Program-made: the position numbers and the translations under genes
Shown: one piece after another, positions 54,141 through 64,000 of the stretch
Numbering within the stretch: position 1 is the stretch's first letter
Layout: every line of letters starts with the position of its first letter
The notes under the pieces: generated by a model
The model's input: only the letters and a program-made list of their open reading frames with translations
Told to the model about the DNA's origin: nothing
The model's database searches: none
NCBI RefSeq assembly: GCF_036321535.1
Contig: NC_087447.1
Span: 32,614,001 to 32,678,000 of the forward strand
DNA: 64,000 bases
Source: Camelus dromedarius
Lineage: Eukaryota
Direction of reading: 5' to 3'

Positions 54141-54329
54141 TTGTCTCCTGCTCATCACCTGTTCTCCCCTAGACTCCCTACCCAGTGCTTCTCTCTACTT
54201 CCTCTTCTCTGGCTGACTTCCACTCCTCTCCTTCCCATCCATTTCTGTGATGCCCCCCTGAAGCCGCTACAGTGCAAACACCCCTACTTTTCAAATCTTT
54301 TGATAGACAGTCTACTTTCCCTTTTGCTC

Positions 54330-54950
54330 TGACCAAAATCTGACTCCCTCTTTGCAAACCCAGTCCCCGTTACCCTCGTTTCAGGTGAAACTGCTCCTCC
54401 TCCCTCAGTCCACATACCTCCTACTATAGCATACTTTCCAGAACAATATTCCTCCTCTCTTTTGTAAAATCCTCTCTTCCTTTGAGGTGTATGCTGCCAC
54501 ATTCCATGAGTCTTCACCCTGCTTTTTGGCATCTTCTATTGATATACTTTGCTGCCTAATGTATTCATCTACCTCCTCAAGTATTTCCATACTCTTGGGG
54601 CCTTTAAAACTCTACTTGAATAACTTATTCAACATTCAGCTCAGTTTCTTCTCCAACTCACTTGGAGACCATTATCCTATTTCAACCATATAAATTCTAA
54701 ACTTCGCCATTTCTCGCCTACAAAATCTTAAGATTCTTCAAAGTTTAACTACAACCTCCTGTCCTTCTAGGACTCCTAAGAAAAACTGACTTATTCTTCC
54801 ACTGTATAGAGTCCTCCCTTCCCCTCATTCCTCTAATGGGTAAACATTCCATCCTTTCTCAGCTTGCCAGCTCCCACCTGGTCAGACTACCCTCCCTACC
54901 TGGATTGGATGTCATAGTTAAACATCTGAATCACCGAAGATATTAATTTC
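54330..54950 (+). mobile_element. L2 ORF2 (endonuclease-region) remnant
   Basis: C/T-rich degenerate text resembling the 5' part of L2 ORF2. Confidence 0.4.
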
Positions 54951-55394
54951 CACACTCTTTTATGTTTATACTGCATCTTTCCAGTAAATAGCAACACTAA
55001 ATCACGCTACATATGTACTTTCTGTTTCTGGAAATGTCAGAATATTACATTGGAATTATCACAACTATTCATCCTAGGGCAAGCTAAGATAAACAGGGTT
55101 CTTTATCTGCAGGTTATCTCAACACTTGTAATAAGATGATGTGCCTGTGAGAGAGAGATTGTTGAGGTTTTCAATTTTACTTGATAATGGAAACTTTCTT
55201 TGTAAAAAATCAGTTCATAAGACTGTTTTCCATAGAATACACATTGTTAAATTGAGTTGTAAGAAGTTTATTTTCTAGAGTGCATTATTAACCACCACTT
55301 TTGATCCAATTAACAAAGAGACAGTTTGGCCTAATGTTTAACCAATCAGTAGACTTAGTTAATAAAAATAAAGTGAATCATGCTATTCAAAGTA

Positions 55395-55545
55395 AGCGAG
55401 AAACTAGGTAAACAAATTGTGGTACATTCATACAATGGAATACAACTAAGCATTAAAAAGTAACAGACTTGGTAAAATACAAAATGGTATAGGTGAACCT
55501 TCAAAATATTATTCTGAGTAAAAGAAGCCAGACAAAAACTTTTTT
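55395..55545 (+). mobile_element. L1ME-like 3' fragment
   Basis: ggtaaacaaattgtggtacattcatacaatggaatac...attctgagtaaaagaagccagacaaaa. Confidence 0.75.
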
Positions 55546-55549
55546 AAGA

Positions 55550-56387
55550 CATTTTTTTCTTAGTGATTGCTTCATGGCCTATCATACTCATCTTAACTTA
55601 CCAGAATGTACTTTAGGTGAGACATAGAAATGTGTTCCCACAGCTCTGATCCCCTTTCCACCTTTTGTGATATGATGGTTATACACCTTTCTTTTATATC
55701 TTATAAACCCAACAATACAATGTTATGAATATTATGTTACATAAATGGGTGTCTTTTAAAGAAGAGAAAAGAGAAAGGAGAACATGTGCACATTTACAGT
55801 TTGCTATGTTTATCTTCTCATTTACTGTCTCATTCTGCTCCTCGTTCCCGTGGATTCTAGTTACCATCTGGTGCCATTCCCATGCTCCTTTGCTCCCACC
55901 TCCCCCTTTTGTCTTATTGTCAGACACAGTGCTTATATGTGTTACAGGCCCAACAACACAATTACATATGTATAGTGTTACACAATTGCTTTTAAAATTA
56001 GTTAAAAGAAGAAAGAGAAGAAGCAGCAGTTGGACTGACTTCTAAAATTACCTACAGAATTGCCTTTACCAAGGCTCTTTGGATTCCAATTAACGTCTGA
56101 GGTCACTTACTTTCCGAAGAACTTCCTTTAGTGTTTCTCTAAGACTGGTAGCAAAAATGCCTGTTTTTTCTTTGTCTGGGAATGACTTTATAGTATCTTT
56201 ATTTTTGAAGGATAGTTTTTGTGAATTTAAAATTCTTGTTTACAGAGTTGTTTGTTTCTCCCTCTTAGAACTTTAAATATGTCATCCCACTGCAGTCTGG
56301 CCTACCTTATTTCTGATAAAAAGTCAGAATTTTTTTCTGATTGTGGTTTCCCTGTATGTGATGTACCATTTTTCTATTGCTACTTTC

Positions 56388-56420
<33 letters not shown>

Positions 56421-57246
56421 GGTCTTTGACTTTCAACATTTTTACTGTGATGTGTCTGGGTGCTACCCTCTTTGAGTTTGTACCACATGAAGTTCATTGA
56501 GCTTCTTCAGTGTTGGTTAATATTTTTCTTCCAATTTAGGAAGTATTTGGACACTATTTCATGAAATAGTCTTTCTGCTCCCTTCCCCCCCTCACCTCTC
56601 TTTATGGTATTTCCTTTATATGTATGTTGTTCTGATGAATGGTATGCTGTGTTTCTGAATCTGTGTTCATTTCCCTTCATTTTTTTCTCTATCCTTCAGA
56701 TTTCATAATCTCTGTCAAACTTTCTTCAAGTGTATTGTATTATTGGGGCTTATGACTCAGTGTACGCTCTACCTCTGAAAGTGCTCCACGTGCGCGTGAG
56801 AAGAATGTGCATCCCAGTGTTGGACGGCTATGTGATTGTTGCACCATGTTAAATCTACTGCAGAGCTCCTCTCGTGATTTTTTAATTTCAATATTTTACT
56901 TTCCAGCAACAAATTTTTCACTTGGTTCTTATTTGTCTCTTCACTTGTCTACTCTACTTTTTGAGTCCTTGTCCTTGTCCCTTCCTTTACTCTCTGAAGC
57001 AGAGTTACCTTCAGTACTTTGAACACATCTACTGTAGCCTCCTTGAAGTCTTTGTGTTCTACAGCTGATTCTGGGCCCTTTCAAAACCATTTATGTTGCC
57101 TCTTTTCTCCCCCTTTGTATGAATAAGACTTCCTTGTCTCTTTGCATATTTTGAAAAGTTTTTTGGAAACTAAGCATGCTAGATAATATATTGTAGCAAA
57201 TCTGGATACTAATCTTCCTTCAAAGCTTGTGATTGTTGTTGTTGAC

Positions 57247-57284
<38 letters not shown>

Positions 57285-58135
57285 TGTGTGTGTGGACTTG
57301 GCTGAACTATTTTAGTGAATTCTTTTCCCCTGCTGTGTGAAACCTCTGATGTCACTCCTCAGAGGGCACGCCTGGGGTGACGGGTTTTAAGTGGACTCCC
57401 TTGACTATCTCTTCTTCTTACACTGGCTGCCTCTGTTGGCATCACACCCAGTTTTTAGCCTTCACTAATCGAGGCGGGTTTGCTGTGTTGTTTACAGCAA
57501 TGTGGTAAGGCATAATTTGCTCTCAGTCTGACCTATTTAAACTCAGGATAACTATGCAGGGTAGTTTTTGAGGCCGGTCTTGGGCTTACTCTGTCTCCTG
57601 TAGGGTTCTTAGCTGTCTCTTTCTCCAGTTCTCTGATAGACTCCTAGTTAGTGTATGATTTAGCTTGTGGCTCTCATACAGCTACTAGCCTCTTCTTAAC
57701 TGTTTATCAATAAAATCTCCATTTTTTTAACAACATCCTTTGGCTTAAATGTCTCTGATCTCTTAGAGGCAGTTGCCTGGCATTTATTTGGCCTCATAAA
57801 TAGCAGTTGAGGTATACCAGCAGCCTCCCTTTCCTGACTAGAAACCACATCTCTTGACAGTGATCTGGGGTGAGAGAATCTAGTGTTCTTGGCTCAACCT
57901 GCCCAGAGTGGAGCTTCCATCATTCTGAGCTGCAGGAGTGGGAGCTGGGAGCTGGGAGTGGTCCAGTGACATAGTCTCTCACTGTTTTCACCCTGACTTA
58001 GTAGACTCGAAAAAATAATTTTTCATGTCCTTTATGTCTTTAGGACTATTTCTAGGGATTTTAATTTTTGAAAAACATTTCTCACCAGTTATTGTCATTT
58101 CATTGGTGAGATCCTTACACCACCATTCAGAAAGT
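55550..58135 (-). mobile_element. Ancient L1 (L1MD-like): 5' end, ORF1 region and inter-ORF spacer
   Basis: Antisense ORF1 text at 56100-57200; 5' start 'ctttctgaatggtggtgtaagg' on the minus strand; similar to the 35000-36400 segment. Confidence 0.8.
57249..57293. repeat. (TG)n microsatellite
   Basis: Direct reading. Confidence 0.95.
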
Positions 58136-58159
58136 AAACCCAGAAATATTAATATTTGT

Positions 58160-58390
58160 TGAGGAATTATGCTGCCAAGCACTGAGATAAGATCTTTTGA
58201 CATATTATATCTTTTTATACATAGAATAATCTTGAGGAGTAGCTGGTAACATTATCCCCATTGTACACAGGGGAAGGCTAAGCCCACAGATGTTAAGTCA
58301 TTTGCCTGAGGTCCTTCAGGTGTTGAACCTCTGACTTGAACCCAGACTGATCCATTCTAATAATACCCATGCTTTTCGCCACATCATCAT
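58160..58390 (-). mobile_element. MIR SINE (source of the duplicated segment)
   Basis: attatccccattgtacacaggggaaggctaagcccacagatgttaagtcatttgcctgaggtc...cttgaacccagactga. Confidence 0.8.
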
Positions 58391-59364
58391 GGCTGTGTCC
58401 CATGCTCCACTACTCTGCATGAAGAATTGATTCTGAAGAGTGAGAAAAGAAGACATAACTGCTGGACATATTTAGTGCCAGGGTTTTTCCATGAATGAAC
58501 TGATCACAATTGACGTCTGTAGAACTTGCCCGTGTAGCAAGAATTTAACTTGGCTGCTGGGAAAGCCAAGCCAGCTGCTGGGAAATTGTGCCCTTGTTTA
58601 GAGAATCAGGTCCCTTTTCTATTCCTGCCAGCAGTCTTTGGGATTTCTGTATTCTGATTTGATTCTACATTCAATGTATAATTGCAGTACAAGATTGAAA
58701 ATGCTGTTTACAATGTAAAATAAAGTAGTTTATACTCCTGCATAATTGAAATGGCTTGCTTGAAACAGCTCACCGCACCCAAATATGCCTACTTAGCTAA
58801 GCAGGAGAACTTCCAAAGCCATTCTTTACAAAACGTTACAGAAACTAGGTGAACTATACCCTGTTGCTGGCTGAGTTTTTCTAAACTAGTGTATTTGTGT
58901 TAAAGTTTTCCAGTTTAAGGTGGTTGGTCAGTCCTTCCTGTTCATTAGCATAGTATTGTAGGGAGATGTACCTATAATGTTATTAATGAAAACCATTTTT
59001 GATTTTATTGATTGAAGACAATTGTAAAAATACATCAAACTTAAAGAATTTTCCAAATGCAAATTTTTATTTTCATTCCTCAAGTTGATATTGCTAATAT
59101 AATGCTTATGATCTTTGCTGGGATGAATTCTCCAAATTTTTTCAAGACACAGTTTGTAGAAACAAATGATGTGAACATTCTGTAGTCTTCTCTAGTCTTC
59201 TCTCTCTTCAAGATTAATTTCTATGAAATTTCACCTGCAATCAAAAAATGTTTCTTGGTCACCTCAGATTTACAGAACACGAGGCTAAGCACTGGGGAAA
59301 ATACTGAAGGATTAAAAAGCAGGGTTGCTGCCTGCCAGACTATATGACATACATGAAAAAAGTA

Positions 59365-59585
59365 GAAAATGTTCAAATTCTAGCACAAATACTTACTAGT
59401 GATAGGACTTTCATTAAGTTATTTAGCTTTTATGGGCCTCAGTTTCTTCATTGATAAAATGAGCCTTATTAAAATCTATTTTGAAAATTTTTATGAAGTT
59501 GAAAGCAGATGATTTATGTAAAAGCTAGCACCATATCTGACACAGAGGAGAGTTTATGTTTGCTAGTGATGACGGTGATAGTGAT
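59365..59585 (+). mobile_element. MIR SINE
   Basis: gttcaaattctagc...aagttatttagcttttatgggcctcagtttcttcattgataaaatg. Confidence 0.75.
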
Positions 59586-59616
<31 letters not shown>

Positions 59617-59736
59617 ACATAGAATAATCTTGAGATGTAGCTGGTAACATTATCCCCATTGTACACAGGGGAAGGCTAAGCCCACAGATGTTAAGTCATT
59701 TGCCTGAGGTCCTTCAGGTCTTGAACCTCTGACTTG

Positions 59737-59782
<46 letters not shown>
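59586..59782. repeat. (TA)n(TG)n - 124-bp direct copy of 58218-58341 - (CA)n
   Basis: 59616-59739 matches 58218-58341 at 121/124 positions and is flanked by mutually inverted dinucleotide arms. Confidence 0.95.
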
Positions 59783-59783
<1 letters not shown>

Positions 59784-60149
59784 TAATCATCTTCATGTAT
59801 ATATTTTTACATACAAAAAATTCTATACATGTTCGATGTCAGATTAAGAACTTCTTTAATTTATAGCTAATTTTAGGTTCTAATTTTAGGTTCTGAGTAC
59901 TTAAACATACTTATGCATAAAAATATTGATGACAAGCTTAAATATTTCTAACTTACCAGATAACCAAACTATTCGTGACTGAAAAGTCTAGTGAGTATAA
60001 ATCAGTGCATCCAACTTTAACTTACCAGGTTGACCAGGAGCTGATCTGATTGCATAACTGAAAGCCTGAGGAATGACTATGCAGGAGGATGGGACAGGTC
60101 TTTTGATATTTGGCAAGATGGAAAAATCATAAGAAGAGATAATGAATGA

Positions 60150-60350
60150 CACTAGAGTAGAGATTTGGTTTCAGAGGGCCTCAGACTTGAATGTGGACTC
60201 GGATTATTTCTAGCCATCTGACTTAGACAAATAATGAAACCTCTTTCTTCTTAGTTTCCTCATCTTGCAGAGAGGCTTAATGTTTATAAAAATGTTTGCA
60301 CAGAACCTGGAAGAAAATAATGGCTCAAAAATGTAAATTATTGTTTTTAG
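60150..60350 (+). mobile_element. MIR SINE
   Basis: cagacttgaatgtggactc...gacttagacaaataatgaaacctct...agtttcctcatc. Confidence 0.65.
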
Positions 60351-60489
60351 CTATTTAAAAAAATACTGATTGAATTGAAATTTGGTTTGCATTTCTGATC
60401 ATGAAGCATCAGTCAAAAGACATTCCTGGTTCTAATATATTCAGGAGCTCAGGTCAGTGAGCACGAAAAATTAGATTAGTTGCTAAAGA

Positions 60490-60653
60490 GGATGACTTCC
60501 TGACACATCCAGTGAATTGGCACCATGACAGATGCCTGGGCCACAGAAACTTCTTGATTGAAGACAACTGTGAAAATATGAGATACTAATTTTGTCTTGT
60601 TTTAAGCCACTATGTTGGTGGTAATTTTTATTCAGCAATAGAAAATCAATGCA
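60490..60653 (+). mobile_element. MLT1 LTR 3' fragment
   Basis: aactgtga...tgttttaagccactatgttggtggtaatttttattcagcaatagaaaatcaatgca. Confidence 0.7.
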
Positions 60654-61802
60654 AAGCTCAAGACAAAGAAATGCAGATGTGCTATCTTGAGCTTCGTGTT
60701 TAAAGACCTGAGTAGGTGCAAATGTACCATAGCTGAACATTTATATGCACATTGTACATTTCCAATTAGAACATGATGCAGCTCTTATACAGCTAATAAA
60801 CCAACGCCTCCAAAATGGACATGTTAAATGGGCTTGAACTTTGCCCTTCAAGGAGCTAACAAATTAGTGGGTGGGATGGACATGTTTGTAAATTTAGAAA
60901 AAATACAAGTGAACAATAAAGGTTGGATGAAAAAGATGCTAAGTGTGTGGTGAGAAAGGAGGGTTCTACACTGACTCCACAGTATAGAAAAGAGACGTTT
61001 AAATCTGACTCTAGAAACATTGTGATTATGAGAAGTTCCTCTTTTGGGCTTTATCTTGATTTCAGCAGAAACCACGTCTATCACATTTCAGTGTGTGAAC
61101 AACAAAGCAAGTCTCTGTTCCATTTTTTTGGATTTTATCCAGTAAATTTATTATTGGTCTAAAATGTCAAGAGTAATAGATTGCTTCATCAATCCTTTGG
61201 GCTTACATGAAGAGCCCAAATGCAACAGAATCTGATGTCATAGGAACAAATTATGTAAATAATCCTGAAAAAGCAGTGCCCATAGAAAATAATATAAACA
61301 GTCGTATGCAGAGGGTGCTGCTCTGATTTCTGAAATTCCTTTTTTATTCTCATCATTTTCAGTAGAATCTAATTATGATGCCCATGAATGATAGACATTC
61401 TCAGAAGAAGGGTGGAAAATGGCAATAAAAAGCCTACGCTGCACTAATGGATGCAATTCATGTTTAAACCCCAACCCCCACCACCATCATTAATTTCCAA
61501 ATCCCAGAGTTGCAGTATTTATGATTATTATTCAATAATTTGCTGCCACTTTCCCATGCCTTTACTTAAGGTTTGCTCCTCCTGACTTCACTTACCAGGG
61601 TGAAGGCTAACAGTCCTGCAGGAGTGGGTGCATCTCATGGGAACACGTTGCCAATCCTATAGGTCTCCACTTTACATAAAGAGCTGAGATTTTCATGCAA
61701 ATAAAAAAGTAACAATTTATTTAGAAATTCTCATCTCTAAATAGATCATTATTTGGAAGAGGCAGCAACCTTTTTTTTTAACTGTGAATAGAAGGTCAAG
61801 AA

Positions 61803-62420
61803 GTCCATTCACTCATTCATTCATTCAACTGTCCATACATTTATACATATAACATCTGCTGAGGACCAATTCTGCTAAGCATTGAGTATATAAATATGGC
61901 TAAGATATGTTTCCTGTCATAAGGAGTTCTCAATTAAGGGGAGAAAATTATGCACCCAAATCACTTAGGACCAAAATGACAGAAGCTGACAGGGATTTGA
62001 ACGCAAAGGAGACATACAACCTGATTCAGGCTGGGAATGGAAAGGAGGGCTGTTTTGTGTATAAAGTACTCAGTGGAGACTGTGCTGCCTGCCATGGCAA
62101 TACAAGACCATGAGAATGGGTTTCAGGGGAATTGAGGACACAGTTATTTTGCAGGCATGGAAGTTTGATGTGCTTTCTGTGTGAAACAGTGACTAGAAAG
62201 CACTGGGCAGATGACTGGCTTCCATGACTGACGGTCAGATAAGCAAGGGCTGTGGACTCTTCTTCATCAGCCACACAACATTTAGAGTGGGGGAAACTCG
62301 CCCCAAAGGAGGAGAAGATGCTCAGCCTGGTCTTGGACACAGGTTGTCCTCTCCAGAGGCTGCTACCTGACTCAACGCTGGATAAATAGGAGACGAGTGA
62401 CTAGAATAGAAAGCAGTTTG
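61803..62420 (-). mobile_element. L2 3' region
   Basis: (ATTC)n tail 'cattcactcattcattcattcaac' followed by degenerate antisense L2 text. Confidence 0.55.
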
Positions 62421-63007
62421 AGTTGGGTTGTTTGAATAAAATAATAACAGGAAATATCTGAGTTTAAATACAAAGAGAGTTAAGTCTGTCATGCAGCAGA
62501 AGATGAATGGGGAGAGGGGCTACTTCATAGAAATTATAAGGCACTCAGGTCTCTCCAAGTAAACATGTAATCTAAGCTAAAAACAGTATTCTATTTAGGG
62601 AACTATAGCTTTAAATGTAACTTCCCTTTTTTTAACCATAAGCCCTTTGTATATTAAAAAAAATAATCGAGAGCAACAACTTCCCACTCCACAGTACGTA
62701 GTCTCTTGAACACCCTAGGGTAGCACAGGGCTAAGAGGCCCCTTGGTAGGGCCAGAGAGATTGGGATGGCTAAAGCAGCCCCCGCCCCAATCCCAGACAG
62801 TTACACATCTACCTGTGAACTACCAACGTTGCCCTACTGATCCGTTGTAGGAAAAAAAGGAAATACAAAATGAAATTAATAACCACTAGGGATCTCTAGT
62901 TCAGAAAGAAGAGACATTATAACATGAATTGTAAGAAAACTTTTTAGTGGCCAGACTCGACTCAGTCAAATCCAGTTGCCCCCGCAGGCTAGTTCAGACG
63001 AGGTCTC

Positions 63008-63426
63008 TGTCTTGGTTACGTTTCCTAGACGAGTCTGAGATGGGCATTCTGTTGCAAATGATTCATGCAACCTGATGCTTTCAGGAGAGACCTTTAAGGA
63101 AGCCAAGGTGAATGAAGAAGATGAGGAAAATGTGGATTGAACTGAAATTTAGCTTCAGTTGGCCCCCATTAGAGAAACCTGGAGCATGAACAGTGCTGCA
63201 GAAGTAGGTCCCACACTGAGGTGAAGGGGTTGAGCTTTTTTACCCTCGTATCAATCACTCATTGATGAAGTGCCACTCCCATGGGACTGCCTAGCCTCTG
63301 GGCGATTTCCGTGTGAGGCAGTTCTATTGGCCTGGAGCACAGCGGTGAGCCGCTATCAGCTGGCGGCTGGGTGCCCTGAAGCAGGAAAGGAGACCTAGGT
63401 GGCCATCAGCAGTACCTACTGTTACA
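63008..63426 (-). mobile_element. ERVL LTR (LTR16C-like)
   Basis: tgtcttggttacgtttcctag...ctgagatgggcattc...cagcagtacctactgttaca; TG...CA termini. Confidence 0.65.
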
Positions 63427-64000
63427 AATAAGTAACAGGTTTTCTCTGATTATGACTTTGAGTGCCTCAGAGTTCTGGTACTACTCTGCTTCCATCTTAT
63501 TGGCCTTTAGAAAGTGTAACCTTAGCGAGCATGAGATAGCATCAAATTTAAAAGTCTTGGTCACTTGGAGACTCCTTTACTTGGGTTGTTTAGTGAAGCT
63601 GTGAGAGCTGCCCACCATATTAGCAGCATCATTTGCAGAAAGCAAAAGGCAATGGGGGTCACACAGGAGAGTAAAATCCTTCCAGCTACATCGGGATGGA
63701 TGACTAGGATGTGCTGAGCTTCTGACAGAACTGCTTGAATCTTAAATGTTAGAGAAACTGGGATTTCAATGATGGTATAATTTACAGGGAAATTTTGAGC
63801 CAATCTGCCATCATGAACTAGAAAATCTGGGTTACTAGTGTTTAAAAAAATAGTGAAGGAAGCTTATCAAATTATTCTGCAAAGATTTCAAACATTTTAG
63901 AGATTTATTTATTACAAACTGATGTGCTAGATCATGCCTCTTTATACTCTAGTCACTAAAGCTGGACCCTTCACTAATCACCTTTTCAGTGGAATAGCTT

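Noticed and set aside
59868..59894. 13-bp tandem duplication (ctaattttaggtt)x2; similar micro-duplications near 58552 and 59183
   Set aside because: Ordinary slippage duplications with no further structure.

Overview
AT-rich, CpG-poor, repeat-dense genomic DNA from a placental mammal. The repeat content suggests a laurasiatherian, probably a camelid; this is inferred from old MIR/L2/MaLR/ERVL repeats, an artiodactyl-type MER41-like LTR and Tigger1 MITE, young L1 3' ends, and no recognisable lineage-specific SINEs. I found no intact protein-coding gene, RNA gene or CRISPR-like array. The window reads as intergenic or deep intronic. The only recognisable proteins in the ORF track are decayed LINE-1 ORF1p/ORF2p fragments. 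A large part of the window is L1: one near-full-length copy at about 0.7-6.66 kb on the minus strand, several ancient internally deleted copies, and three young 5'-truncated copies, one with a twin-priming inversion. The most unusual item is a recent 124-bp local copy (121/124 identical) of a MIR fragment that sits between inverted (TG)n and (CA)n microsatellite arms 1.4 kb downstream of its source. There is also a candidate minus-strand exon (38314-38497) and a few repeat-free, homeodomain-motif-rich stretches that may be conserved enhancers. I did not find a convincing novel biological system. Repeat subfamily names come from my recollection of consensus sequences, and most boundaries are approximate.
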